Assembly: GCF_963921235.1 (NCBI RefSeq)
Contig: NC_086097.1
Span: 233,122,001-233,186,000 of the forward strand
DNA: 64,000 bases
Origin: Mobula hypostoma
Taxonomy: Eukaryota
Reading direction: 5' to 3'
Numbering within the stretch: the first letter of the stretch is position 1; each line of letters opens with the position of its first letter. Under the pieces are notes generated by a model, which made no database searches, was not told where the DNA came from, and was given only the letters and a program-made list of their open reading frames with translations. A program made the translations under genes and the position numbers. Positions 38,701-52,104 of the stretch are shown piece by piece.

Positions 38701-39273
38701 AAAGCCTCTCTGTATGTTAGATCTGGCTTTACTCCATGCACTTCTTTCACTGCTCTATCGCTCTGGGTCCCATCCCACTCGCAAATTAGTTTAAACCCTC
38801 CCAAACCATGCTAGCAAACCTACCTGCAAGGATATTGCTCCCCCTAGAGTTCAGGTGCAACCCATCCAATCTGTACAGGTCCCATCTTCCCCAGAAGAGA
38901 TCCCAATGATCTAAAAATCTAAAACCCTGCTCCCTGCACCAACTCTTCAACCACGCATTCAACTGCCATCTCCTCCAGTTCTTACCATCTCTGTCACGTA
39001 GCACTGGCAGCAATCCTGAGAACGTCACCCTTGAGGCCCTGTTCTTCAGCCTTCTGCCTAATTTCCGAAACTCACACTTCAGGACCTCATCCCTCTTCCT
39101 GCCCATGTCGTTGGTCCCAACATGTATCACGACTTCTGGTTGCTTTCCCTCTCGTACCAGGATGTCGTGCGCCCGGTCAGAGATATCTCGGACCCTGGCA
39201 CCCAGGAGGCAACAAACCATGCAGGTGTCCTTCTCACGTCCACAAAATCTCCTGTCTGCTCCCCTGACTATAG
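35794..39273 (-). mobile_element. Young CR1 (~3.5 kb): end of the ORF1 esterase plus full ORF2 (APE endonuclease and RT) with frameshifts
   Basis: HVGTND..DGLHLN (SGNH esterase); YLNARSI..ITETW..GDLNF..LDLVL (endonuclease); [17 protein letters not shown] (RT); 5-bp TSD AGCAT. Confidence 0.95.
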
Positions 39274-41828
39274 AGCATCTTAAAACTGTGCCTTCTTGTG
39301 GTAGCCATTTCAGCTCTGGGACAAAGCATCTGACTATCCACACCATCAATGTCATTCATCATCTTATACACCTTCATCAGGACACCTTTCATCCTAGAAC
39401 ATAGAACATAGAATATAGAATAGTACAGCACAGTACAGGTCCTTCGGCCCACAATGTTGTGCCGACCCTCAAACCCTGCCTCCCATATAAGCCCCCAACT
39501 TAGATTCCTCCATATACCTATCTAGTAGTCTCTTAAACTTCACTAGTATATCTGCCTCCACCACTGACTCAGGCAGTGCATTCCACGCACGAACCACTCT
39601 CTGAGTAAAAAACCTTCCTCTAATATCCCCCTTGAACTTCCCACCCCTTACCTTAAAGCCATGTCTTCTTGTATTGAGCAGTGGTGCCCTGGGGAAGAGG
39701 CGCTGGCTATCCACTCTATCTATTCCTCTTATTATCTTGTACACCTCTATCATGTCTCCTCTCATCCTCCTTCTCTCCAAAGAGTAAAGCCCTAGCTCCC
39801 TTAATCTCTGATCATAATGCATACTTTCTAAACCAGGCAGTATCCTGGTAAGTCTCCTCTGTACCCTTTCCAATGCTTCCACATCCTTCCTATAGTGAGG
39901 TGACCAGAACTGGACACAGTACTCCAAGTGTGGTCTAACCAGAGTTTTATAGAGCTGCATCATTACATCGCGACTCTTAAACTCTCTCCCTTGACTTATG
40001 AAAGCTAACACCCCATAAGCTTTCTTAACTACCCTATCCACCTGTGAGGCAACTTTCAGGGATCTGTGGACATGTACCCCGAGATCCCTCTGCTCCTCCA
40101 CACTACCAAGTATCCTGCCACTTACTTTGTACTCTGCCTTGGCGTTTGTCCTTCCAAAGTGTACCACCTCACACTTCTCCGGGTTAAACTCCATATGCCA
40201 CTTCTCAGCCCACTTCTGCATCCTATCAATGTCTCTCTGCAATCTTTGACAATCCTCTACACTATCTACAACACCACCAACCTTTGTGTCGTCTGCAAAC
40301 TTGCCAACCCACCCTTCTACCCCCACATCCAGGTCATTAATAAAAATCACGAAAAGTAGAGGTCCCAGAACAGATCCTTGTGGGACACCACTAGTCACAA
40401 TCCTCCAATCTGAATGTACTCCCTCCACCACCACCCTCTGCCTTCTGCAGGCAAACCAATTCTGAATCCACCTGGCTAAACTTCACTGGATCTCATGCCT
40501 TCTAACTTTCTGAATAAGCCTACCGTGTGGAACCTTGTCAAATGCCTTACTAAAATCCATATAGATCACATCCACTGCACTACCCTCATCTATATGCCTG
40601 GTCACCTCCTCAAAGAACTCAATCAGGCTTGTTAGACACAATCTGCCCTTTACAAAGCCATGCTGACTGTTCCTGATCAGACCATGATTCTCTAAATGCC
40701 TATATATCCTATCTCTAAGAATCTTTTCCAACAGCTTTCCCACGACAGACGTAAGGCTCACTGGTCTATAATTACCCGGACTATCCCTACTACCTTTTTT
40801 GAACAAGGGAACAACATTCGCCTCCCTCCAATCCTCCGGTACCATTCCCGCGGACAACGATGACATAAAAATCTTAGTCAGAGGCTCAGCAATCTCTTCT
40901 CTCGCCTCGTGGAGCAGCCTGGGGAATATTCCGTCAGGTCCCGGGAACTTATCTGTCCTAATGTATTTTAACGACTCCAACACCTCCTCTCCCTTAATAT
41001 CAACATGCTCCAGAACATCAACCTCACTCATATTGTGCTCACCATCATCAAGTTCCCTCTCATTGGTGAATACCGAAGAGGAGTATTCATTGAGGACCTC
41101 GCTCACTTCCACAGCCTCCAGGCACATCTTCCCACCTTTATCTCTAATTGGTCCTGCCTTCACTCCTGTCATCCTTTTTTCTTCACATAATTGAAGAATG
41201 CCTTGGGGTTTTCCTTTACCCTACTCGCCAAGGCCTTCTCATGCCTCCTTCTTGCTCTTCTCAGCCCCTTCTTAAGCTCCTTTCTTGCTTCGCTATATTC
41301 CTCAATAGACCCATCTGATCCTTGCTTCCTAAACCTCATGTATGCTGCCTTCTTCCACCTGACTATCATTTTCCACCTCACTTGTCACCCATGATTCCTT
41401 CACCCTACCATTCTTTATCTTCCTCACCGGGACAAATTTATCCCTAACATCCCGCAAGAGATCTCTAAACATTGACCACATGTCCATAGTATATTTCCCT
41501 GCAAAAACATCATCCCAATTCACACCTGCAAGTTCTAGCCTTACAACCTCATAATTTGCTTTTCCCCAATTAAAAATTTTCGGGTCCTCTTTGATTCTAT
41601 CCTTTTCCATGATAATGCTAAAGGCCAGGGAGCGGTGGTCACTGTCCCCCAGGTGCTCACCCACTGAGAGATCTGTGACCTGTCCCGGTTCATTAACTAG
41701 TACTAGATCTAGTATGGTATTCCCCCTGGTTGGCCTGTCCACATACTGTGACAGGAATCCATCCTGGACACACTTAACAAATTCTGCCCCATCTAAACCC
41801 TTGGAACTAATCAGGTGCCAATCAATAT

Positions 41829-42049
41829 ACATCAAAGTTGCTGGTGAACGCAGCAGGCCAAGCAGCATCTATAGGAAGAGGCGCAGTCGACGTTTCAGGC
41901 CGAGACCCTTCGTCAGGACTTCGTCAGGGTCTCGGCCTGAAACGTCGACTGCGCCTCTTCCTATAGATGCTGCTTGGCCTGCTGCGTTCACCAGCAACTT
42001 TGATGTATGTTTGCTTGAATTTCCAGCATCTGCAGAATTCCTGTTGTTT
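41829..42049. mobile_element. Penelope-type insertion made of inverted terminal repeats
   Basis: 16-bp TSD AGGTGCCAATCAATAT; perfect 83-bp inverted arms 41827-41909 and 41926-42008. Confidence 0.9.
41885..41920 (-). ncRNA. Minimal type I hammerhead ribozyme (Penelope-type)
   Basis: AGUC-CUGACGA-AGG(gucucgg)CCU-GAAAC-GUC-GACU: stem I AGUC/GACU, intact core, palindromic ACGU stem III. Confidence 0.75.
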
Positions 42050-43686
42050 AGGTGCCAATCAATATTAGGGAAGTTAATCCTCCGTCACTCCGTGGAGAAA
42101 AGGCCGAGTTCACCCAACCTATTCTCATAAGGCGTGCTCCCAAATCCAGGCAACATCCTTGTAAATCTCCTCTGCACCCTTTCTATGGTTTCCAGATCCT
42201 TCCTGTAGTGAGACGACCAGAAATGAGCACAGTACTCCAAATGGGGTCTGACCAAGTTCCTATATAGCTGCAACATTACCTCTCTGCTCCTAAACGCAAT
42301 CCCACGGTTGATGAAGGCCAATACACCGTGTGCTTTCTTGACCACAGAGTCAACCTGCACAACAGCCTTGAGTGTCCTATGGACTCAGACCCCAAGATCC
42401 CTCTGATGCTCCACACTGCCAAGAGTCTTACCATTAATACTATATTCTGCCATCATATTTGATTTACCAAAATGAACCACCTCACACTTATCTGGTTTGA
42501 ACTCCATCTGCAACTTCTCAACCCATTTTTGCATTCTATCAATGTCCTGCTGTAACCTCTGACAGCCCTCCACACTATCCACAACACCTCCAAATTTTGT
42601 GTCATCGGCAAATTTACTAACCCATCCCTCCAATTCTTCATCCAGGTCATTTATAAAAATCATGAAGAGTAGGGGGTCCCAAAACAGATCCCTGAGGCAC
42701 ACCACTAGTGACCGACTTCCATGCAGAATATGACCCATCTACAACCACTGTTTGCCTTCTGTGGGCAAGCCAGTTCTGGATTCACAAAGCAATTTCCCCT
42801 TGGATCCCATGCCTCCTTATTTTCTCAATAAGCCTGGCATGGAGTACCTTGTCAAATGCCTTGCTGAAATCCATATAGACTACATCTACTGCTCTTCCTT
42901 CATCAATGTGTTTAGTCACATCCTCAAAAAATTCAATCAGTCTCGTAAGGCATGACCTGCCTGTCACAAAGCCTTGCTGACTATTCCTAATTATATTATG
43001 CCTCTCCAAGTGTTCATAAATCCTGCCTCTCAGGATCTTCTCCATCAACTTACCAACCACTGAAGTAAGTCTCACTGGTCTATAGTTTCCTGGGCTATCT
43101 CTACTCCCTTTCTTGAATAATGGAACAATATCCGCAACCTTCCAATCCTCTGGAACCTCTCCTGTCCCCATTGATGATGCAACGATCATCGCCAGAGGCT
43201 CAGCAATCTCCTCCCTCTCCTCCCACAGTAGCCTGGGGTACATCTTGTCCGGTCCCAATGACTTATCCAACTTGATGCTTTCCAAAAGCTCCAGCACATC
43301 CTCCACCTTAATATCTACACACTCAAGCTTTTTAGTCCGCTGTAAGTCATCCCTACAATCGCCAAGGTCCTTTTCTGTAGTGAATACTGAAGCAAAGTAC
43401 TCATTAAGTACCTCTGCTAGCTCCTCCGGTTCCATACACACCTTTCCACTATCACACTTGATTGGTCCTATTCTCTCACATCTTATCCTCTTGCTCTTAA
43501 CATACTTGTAGAATGCCTTGAGGTTTTCCTTAATCCTGACTGCCAAGGCCTTCTCACGGCCCCTTCTGGCTCTCTTAATTTCTTTCTTGAGTTCCTTCCT
43601 GCGAGCCTTATAATCTTCTCGCTTTCTATCATTACCTGGCTTTTTGAAACTTTTGTAAGCTCTTCCTTTCTTCTTGACGAGATTTA

Positions 43687-44223
43687 TTTAACCCTTAGGC
43701 TTGCCCAGCTCACATTCGTTTAGGGGAATCAGCCTGCGGCCCCACCAAACTGGGTAAGCACGTTTGTGTGGATGCTGTGTAATGTACCCCCAATGCAAAA
43801 TATCTGACAGTACTCCATATGCAATTAAATGATAGACTTTATGAATCTTAGTCTGAATATAGGGTTAGTAATGAGAATAAACAAAACAAAAAAAGGGCCC
43901 AAGTCAAAGTTCCATTTGGAGCACACTCAGTAGGCACTCTTCCACCCTCGATTGCCTCCAAACGTTGCCGACTTTCAGACCCCCGCTCGGAGTCCACCCC
44001 ATCCGGCGGTCTACCAGATTTCTCCATTCACGTCCTCTCTCTTCATCTCTCCCTCTCCTTCTGGCAAAAGCCCTCGAAAACAACTGCTTCCAGAATCACA
44101 AGACAGCAGCAAAATCCTGATTGGCTAACATGCATCAACAGTCCGGTTATCTCCAATCGTAACCCAAACATGGCTGCTACAGAGAACCCATTACTTCAGC
44201 ATTGAACAGTACAGCGCGTTACA
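43687..44223. mobile_element. Solo LTR (537 bp) nested in CR1
   Basis: 4-bp TSD TTTA; right terminus GTTACA, left terminus TTTAAC (probably mutated TGTAAC); the CR1 resumes colinearly. Confidence 0.75.
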
Positions 44224-44439
44224 TTTACAACTGCCTTTGTACACCACAGTTCCTGTACCCTCCCATCCTTTCCCTGTTGTTGCTCTTCTTGGGTAAATGC
44301 TCTGCAGATAAAGACATATTTGCTTTCGCCTTAGTTTTGAGCAACTTCAAAAGGGCTTTATTAACATGAGTAGAAAACCTCAACTTCAATAACAATGAAG
44401 TAACCGTTTGTATGCATCACTCAATGGAATAGTATTTGT

Positions 44440-44845
44440 CCTTTCAAATCCTAGTTTAAGTAAAAGATAATCATATTCAAAGCCTTTTGAACAACTCCAA
44501 GAAATCTCAACACATTTTGGAGCCAATGGGGCATTTTTTGAAGGAAAATTATGGTCATGAGGGAAATATGGCAATTTCTCAGACACTAAGCTCCTGTTAG
44601 CATGAAAATACCTTATTAACTAGATAATTTGTTTTCACTGATGTTGATTGTGGTTTAAGTGTTGGCAAGGACTCTTCATTTCTTTGAAACAGTGCCCTGC
44701 AATTTTTGAATGCACTTGAGAGAGCAGACGAAATGCTGCCTTAATATTTCATCTGAAAGACAGAACCTCTGATATTATAGCCTTCCTTTAATCCTGCAAT
44801 TGCATGTCAGCCTGGATCTTATACTACAAATGGATTCTGAACCAG
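44440..44845 (-). mobile_element. Old Deu-SINE (SacSINE1/AmnSINE-like)
   Basis: ctttgaaacagtgcc..tgagagagcagac..catctgaaagacagaacctctga..gtcagcctgga resembles the reversed Deu domain (recognised from memory). Confidence 0.65.
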
Positions 44846-44914
44846 AAGTCAGTACGTCACCTATTAATCTATGGCTGACATGGATCGTGAGTGACCTGTA
44901 CATCAAATGCATTT

Positions 44915-45420
44915 ATAGAGTCATAGAATACTACTGCATAAAAACAGGCCATTTGGCCCATCTAGTCCATGACAAAGTATTAACCTGTATAATCCCATCG
45001 ACCTGCACCTGGAGCAAAGCCTTCCATACCCATCCCATCCATGTACCCTTACAAATTTCTTATAAATGTTGAAATCAAACCTGCATCTATCACTTATGAT
45101 GGGAGCTCATTCCACAGTCTCACCATTCTCTGAGTCAAGAAGTTCCCCCTCATGTTCCCCTTAAACATTTCACCTTTCATTCTTAACTCATAGTTCCAAT
45201 CTCACCCAGCCTCAATGAGAAAAGCCTATCTATACTTCTCATAATTTTGTATACAGTACTTCCTTCAAATCTTCTGCGTTCCAGGGAATAGAATTCTAAC
45301 CTGTTGAACCTCTCCCGATAACTCAGCCGCTCAGATCCTGGCAACATTCTTGTAAATTTTCTCTGTAGTCTTTCAATCCTATTTACATCATTCAGTAGGC
45401 AGGTGACCAACACAATATTT
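44915..45420 (-). mobile_element. CR1 3' fragment
   Basis: IERLQRKFTRMLPG..LSYRERF..YSLERRR. Confidence 0.8.
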
Positions 45421-45429
45421 CAATGCAAG

Positions 45430-47060
45430 AAATATCGTAGGAAAGCTGGATGATAATGCTGAAGATGAGTTTGCTGGTTTACAAACAGAGGCAATGTAGT
45501 GAGGAGAGGCCATTGATGGGGCAAAATTGTTGTCAACAGGATGAGTTGTAATGTAAAAGGCGGCCAAAATTGAAAAGGGTGAATGCGGGACTGAAGGTAT
45601 TATATTTGAATGCGTGCAGTATATGAAATAATTTAGATGAACTTGCAGCACAGTTACAGATTGGCAGGTATGAAATTGTAGGCATCACTGAATCATGGCT
45701 AAAAGAAGATTATAGTTGGGAGCTTAATGCCAAAGGATACCCATTGTACAAAAAGGATAGGCATGAATGCAGAGAAGGTGCCGTTGCTCTGTTGGTAAAA
45801 TATAAAATCAAATCATTAGAAAGAAGTGACACAGGGTCGGAAGGTGTTGAATCATTGTGGGTAGAGCTAAGGAAATGCAAGGATAAAAAGACCCTGATGG
45901 GAGTTATACACAGACCCCTCAAACATTAGTAAGGACATCGCCTGCAAATTATATCGGGTTATAGAAAATGCATGCTGAAAGGGCATGTCACAATAGTCAT
46001 GGGGGAATTCAATATGCAGGTAGATTGGGAAAATCAGGTTGGTGCTAGATTCTAGGTGGGGGAATCTCTAGAGTGTCGATGAGTTGGCTTTTTAGAGCAG
46101 CTTGTGGTTGAGCCCGCTAGAGGATCAGCTATTCTGGACTGGGTGTTGTGTAATGAACCAGAATTGATCAGGGAGCTTAAGGTAAAAGAGCCCTTAAGGG
46201 GAAGTGATCATAACATGATCAAATTCACCATGAAACTTGAGTCAGATGTATCAGGATTACAGTGGAGTAAAAGGAATTACAGAGAAATGAGAGAGGAGTT
46301 GGCCAGAATTGGTTGGAAAAGGACGCTGGCTGGGATGACGGCAGAGTAGCAATGGTTGGAACTTCTGGAAGCAATTCAGAAGGCATAGGGTATATACATC
46401 CCAAAGAGGAAGAATTATTCTAAAGGAAAGATGACTCAACTGTGGCTAACAGGAGAAGTCAAAGCCAACAGAAAAGCTGGAGAGGGCTAAAATAGAGCAA
46501 AATTAGTGAGGAGTTGGAGGATTGGGAAGCTTTTAAAAACAGAAAGCATCTAAATAAAGTTTTTAAGAAGGTAAAGATGGAATATGAAAGTAAGCTAGCC
46601 AATAATTTTAAAGAGGATACCAAAAGATTCTTCAAATACATAAAGTGTAAAAGAGAGGCGAGAGCAGATAGCAGACCACTGGAAAATAATGCGGGAGAAG
46701 TAGTAATAGGGGACAAGGAACTGGTTGATAAACTGAATAATTATTTTGCCTCAGTCTTCACTATGAAAAACTCTAGCAGCATGGTGGATGTTCCAGATGT
46801 CAGGTATCATGAAGTGTGTGAAATTACCATGACTAGCGAAAAGGTTCATGGGATACTGAAAGGTATGAAGGTAGACAAGTCACCTGAACCAGATGGTGTA
46901 CATGCCAGGGTTATGAAAGAGGTGTCTGAAGAGATCATGGAGGCATTAGTTTGAAGAATCAGTAGATTCTGGACTGGTTCCGGAAGACTGTAAAATTGCA
47001 AAAGTCACTCTACTCTTCAAGAAGGGAGAGAGGCAGAAGAAAGGAAACTATTGGCCATAT
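45430..47060 (+). mobile_element. Degenerate CR1 endonuclease-to-RT region
   Basis: ESLWVELR, ILDWVLCNEP..SDHNMI, LNNYFASVFT, KSPEPDG. Confidence 0.88.
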
Positions 47061-47119
47061 GTAAAAAAATTGTAAAAAATGTTGGTGAGGACTAATTTGG
47101 CATCTTGTGTGCTGTTATA

Positions 47120-49025
47120 GACAATAAGACCATAAGATATAGGAGCAGAATTAGGCTATTTGTCCCATTGAGTTTGCTCTGCCATTTCATCATGGCCTGC
47201 ATATCATTCAACAATGATCTTCTCTTATCCAGGATTCAGTAATATTCACAACATCATACCTGCCAATCTCTAACTGCATTACAAGATCATCTACCGTATT
47301 CCATTAATTACGTGTCTTCAAATATAACACTTCCAGTCTTATATTTATCACCCTTTACAATTTTGGTCCTGTTACCTTCAAGTCATCCCACCGACTGCAA
47401 TTTTGCCTTATCACCTGCCTGTCCTTCCCCACAGGCTCACTACACATTGCATCTTCTTGTGTCATCCTCAACCCCCTGAGAAATTAGTTTTAACCATCCC
47501 CAGCAGCTCTAGCAAACGTGCCCACCAGGATATTGGTCCCCCTCATTTTCAGGTGCACAGGTCATACCTTCCCCAGAAGTGATCCCAATGATCCAGAAAT
47601 CTGAAACCATACCAATTCCTCAGCCATGCATTCATCTGCCAAATCATCCTATTCTTACCCTCACTGGCATGTGGCACAGGCAGCAATTCAGAGATTTCTA
47701 CCCTGGGAATCCTAACTCTCTATATTCTCTCTTCAGGGCCTCCTCCTTTTCCTACCTGTCATCAGCACCAACATAGAACATAGAATAGTACAGCACATTA
47801 CAGGCCCTTTGGCCCACAATGTTGTGCCGACCCTCAAACCCTGCCTCCCATATAACCCTCCACCTTAAATTCCTCCATATACCTGTCTAGTAGTCTCTTA
47901 AACTTCACTAGTGTATCTGCCTCCACCACTGACTCAGGCAGTGCATTCCACACACCAACCACTCTCTGAGTAAAAAACCTTCCTCTAATATCCCCCTTGA
48001 ACTTCCCACCCCTTACCTTAAAGCCATGTCCTCTTGTATTGAGCAGTGGTGCCCTGGGGAAGAGGCGCTGGCTATCCACTCTATCTATTTCTCTTATTAT
48101 CTTGTTACACCTCTATCATGTCTCCTCTCATCCTCCTTCTCTCCAAAGAGTAAAGCCCTAGCTCCCTTAATCTCTGATCATAATGCATACTCTCTAAACC
48201 AGGCAGCATCCTGGTAAATCTCCTCTGTACCCTTTCCAACGCTTCCACATCCTTCCTATATTGAGGCGACCAGAACCGGACACAGCACTCCAAGTGTGGC
48301 CTAACCAGAATTTTACCAACATATACCATGACTTCTGGCTGTTCACACTCCCTACTTAGAATGATGTGGAGCCAATCTGAGACATCTCCTGATCCTAGCA
48401 CCTGGAGGCAACATACCATCCAGGTGTCTCTTTCTTGTCCACAGAATCTCCTGTCTGCTCCTCTAACTAAAGAATCCCCTATTGCTACTGCATGCCTCTT
48501 CTCCTCCCTTCTCTTCCGAGCCACAGAGTGCTGGAGACCGAGTCCCTCTTGTATGTCATCCTCGCCAACAGTATCTAAAGTGATATACTTGTTATTGAGG
48601 GGATCAGCAACAGTAGTACTCTGCACTGGCTGTCCGTTCCTTTCCTCTTTCCTGACAGTCACCCAGGTACATGCCTCTTGCAACTTAGTGATGACTACCT
48701 CCCTGTAGCTCCTATCTATCACCTCCTCCTTTTCCTGTATAGATGAAGGTTATTGAGCTGCAGCTCCATTTCCTTAACATGATCCCTAGGGATCTGCAGC
48801 TCACTGCACTTTGTACAGATGTAGTTATCAAGGAGATTGGAGGTATCAAAGAGTTCCAACATCTCACACAAATAACATACCACTAACCCTGGATCCACTC
48901 TCACAACACTAGATATGTCGTAATTGACATACTTTGCTTAAGTCTGTCATCACCCAAGCCTGTTGAGCCAAAGCCTGGCCACTCTAACGCTGTCCACTCC
49001 AACAATGGCCACTCCTTACACCACA
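47120..49025 (-). mobile_element. Old CR1 5' region (ORF1 zinc finger and esterase remnants) with a young CR1 nested at ~47776-48314
   Basis: CYLCEM..YICTKC; AIGDSLVRGADRRFCG; nested copy flanked by ACCAACATA on both sides. Confidence 0.85.
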
Positions 49026-50774
49026 CTTCTTTTTATTGGCCTTTACTGAGATCGCTGCATTGCAAATAGTCCCAGAAGATATTAAGCCAGAAAAACATAT
49101 AAAGGTTGTTGCCTTTCCTTGTTTCCTCCTCTGGCTCCTGTTCTTCTTTTTCACACTATGAGGTTCTGCTTCTAACAAAAGAAGCCCAATTCTTGACTAC
49201 TGCTGTAAGTTCTGCAGGGTTCAGTTTGGGTATGACAAAGTGTTCTAGTTAGCCCCTCTCCCACCCTATTAATCCATCCCTGAACTGCACTGTAAACACT
49301 TCAAACCACTTTTTCATAATTCTGCTTACATTGTAAATATTTGCTGATATTTCTGTATTTATACACATTTTATTCAATATCCATACTTCAACTTTAGTTT
49401 TATATATTTCCTTATTGTTTATAATTGTTGAATGTTGCTCTTTTTGTTGCATGTCATTGTCAATACACCACTGCAAATTTCTAATATTTGTAAATGTACC
49501 GTATATGGCGAATACAGCTGACCCTTGATCTTTGACAAAACACATTAGAAACAAAGAACTGTAAATGAGGTTTTGCCAGTTTATGAAAGAGATCCTTACA
49601 GGCTGCCTCCCTCGTAGTTTCTACAAAAATCGCTGGCCCCTTTGATCTCTTAGTACATGAAACAATAGTCCGAAAGAAGTAAGTATTATTTTGAAAACAA
49701 TATAACATGCACTCAATAAAGACAATTTGCTTGCAGCAGTTTCCCATGTTTTAGGGCATTTGCCATCTGCTTCAGCGATTTATACACTGAATCAACTTCC
49801 CTTTTAGTTTCCTCATTCTCGAACATAATCAAGGATACTGGGCACAACCTCTCACATTCTCCAATCTTAACACACTGCCTGTTGCTTGCTGTAATCTTTA
49901 TTTAATAGTTAGCAATTATTTAGTTCTTGTCTGAATAGAATTGTACAGTACAGATTGGATTGTTGATGGATTTATTTAATTGCAAATTAATTAGTACTTA
50001 AGTATTGATTATTCATTATTTATGTGTAGCACACATTTAATTAATGCAATTTGGATCCTTTTAGAGTTGATTTTCCTCCAAGTGGTTTGTTTGAATGAAT
50101 TAGTCTCCTTGGTCTCTCTGATCCAGCTGGGTCCTTAAAGAACATCTTATTTGGAACACTTGAATGATAAATTGAACGCAGCTCTAATTCCCCATCTCTG
50201 CTGCTTCTTAATCTGTGCAAACTGTTGCAGTGTGTACTGTGTCTTGTGTTACTCACTTTTTTATCTGGTAGTACTATATGGGGCCTCCTGATTCTATTTG
50301 CTGCTGTCAACAGCCCACACTCTGATTAATTCTGTCAGAGCGAATCTCCTAATGTTCACTATTGCTGCTGTAAGTTCTCTTGAGCTAATTAATTCGGCCT
50401 CTCCAAGACTGCTGATAAGATGTTACCCTGAAAGCTGCACATTTGCACAGATTAATCCACTGCTCTGATTTTCCTCAACTTTCTGTAAATGCTAATAGAC
50501 AGAGTGATAACAACCTCAGTCGTACTCTGTCACATCAACCCCAATTGGTGCCAAGTTGAGTCATCCTAAAGAGATTGTGAATTTTGCTGCAGGCAATGTG
50601 TAATGGAGTTAGTATTGGTTTCCGACACATGTCTGCACCCCAGTCTCCATAGAAGCATTAAGTTTCATTTGGCTGCCACTCAGTCATCACAGATAGGCTT
50701 CAGGCCTTTAAGGCCCACTCTTCATGGCAGGCACAGAGCAGCAACGCACATAACAGTTGTCGCTGAAACTGCAG

Positions 50775-51050
50775 TTGTGAAGGAACAGAAAGATCCTGGA
50801 ATCTATGTCCATGGATCCCTCGAAGTTGCTGCACAAGTTGATAGGATTGTTAAGGAGGTGTATGGTGTGCTCATCTTCATCAGTTGGGGAACTGAGTTCG
50901 AGGGCCATGAGGTAATGTTACAGCTCTATAAAATCTGGTTAGAGCACACGGTGTATTGTGTTTAGTTCTGGTCACATCGTTATAGAAAGGATGTGGAAGC
51001 TTTAGAGGGGGTGCAGGGGATTTACCAGGATTAGAGAACACATCTTACGA
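50775..51050 (+). mobile_element. CR1 RT fragment
   Basis: EQKDPGIYVHGSLEVAAQVDRIVK..LQLYK. Confidence 0.8.
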
Positions 51051-51430
51051 GGATACTGTTTGGTACCAGAAGTGTTGCAGGGGTTGCCAGTCAGCATTGA
51101 ACTCAATGTAGGACTGCCTTAGGGTCTCCAGCTCTGGAGTTTTCCCTTGGGGTTTACTCCCAAAGCCTTTCCATGAGTGGGTATAGCTGCAAGGCAGTGG
51201 ACGTTTGAGATCAGAGTTTTCCTTCTCCTGGATGAGCTGCCAACCTCGGCTGACAAGCCCCATCTGCCTGAAGTGACTGGTTTTAGGACACTAGTAACCC
51301 ACCTTTTCCCCTTCTCCTGTCAGCAGAAATGGTTCTGTCAGGCTTAGCAGCTAAGCCACATGTGAAGACCAGGAGCCGGATTTGGTTGTCAGAGACTATT
51401 TGAGGCGCACGGCATTGAGAGCGTTTAAGG
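51050..51430 (-). mobile_element. Second copy of the 5062-5655 family
   Basis: Shares gtcagcattgaactcaatgta..gctaagccacatgtgaag. Confidence 0.7.
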
Positions 51431-51597
51431 CGCACACCATGCAGTGTTCTATGTAGTGGAGAAGGAAATATGATGACAAACAAAATTGAATCAAAATGTG
51501 ATCAGATTTGACAATCATGACTAAAAATAACAAAGACACGCATGGCAAGTTTATAAAAAGAGTAGCCGACATTGGTACAGCAGTGGATTGTTATAAG

Positions 51598-51900
51598 GAT
51601 TAGCTTTATTTGTCAAAAGTATAATACAGCAAATCATACAGCAAGATACATCACTGGTGTCAAAGCAAATCAGTGAGGATTGTGCTGGGCGGCCTGCCAG
51701 TGTCACCATGCTTCCAACATAGCACGCCCACAGCTTACTAAACCAACCTGTAAGTCTTTGGAATGTGGGAGGAAACCAACGCGCCCCAAAGAAATCCAAA
51801 TGATCACGGGGAGAATGTACAGACTCCTTCCAGACTGTGTGGGAATCAAACTCCATTCTTAGAGCTGGTGATGTAAAGCGTTGTGCTGTTTGCTCCACTG
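51598..51900 (-). mobile_element. V-SINE-like SINE
   Basis: tctttggaatgtgggaggaaacc; reverse homolog of 59325-59630. Confidence 0.75.
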
Positions 51901-52104
51901 TCTTGGTGAACCTGAAACTGGAAGACCAATTAATCGCCGTGAGCTATTATGCTTTTTCTCCAAGGATGGAACCAGACCAAAACATTCTTCACAGGAGGAG
52001 AAAGCCTTTCAACGAATGCAATCCAATTTAGATGAGGAGGTACAATGTAGAATACATACAATCACAATCCTGAAACATCTCTCATTAACTTTAGTAGGAC
52101 TGTT

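Larger units (their letters stand above)
39396..42076 (-). mobile_element. Second young CR1 of the same subfamily, truncated within the endonuclease domain
   Basis: Near-identical to 35794-38230; 5-bp TSD ATCCT (39391-39395 and 42077-42081). Confidence 0.95.
35560..44280 (-). mobile_element. Older CR1 host copy split into 35560-35793, 39274-39395, 42077-43686 and 44224-44280
   Basis: The pieces rejoin colinearly across the TSDs; ORF 42782..43546 has RT motifs. Confidence 0.85.

Noticed and set aside
38786..39355. Host SGNH esterase gene
   Set aside because: It is the ORF1 esterase domain of CR1, directly upstream of ORF2; the N-terminal part of the ORF is a chimeric junction.
35794..42076. 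Tandem segmental duplication of a ~2.4-kb CR1 block
   Set aside because: Each copy has its own TSD and truncation point, so they are independent insertions.
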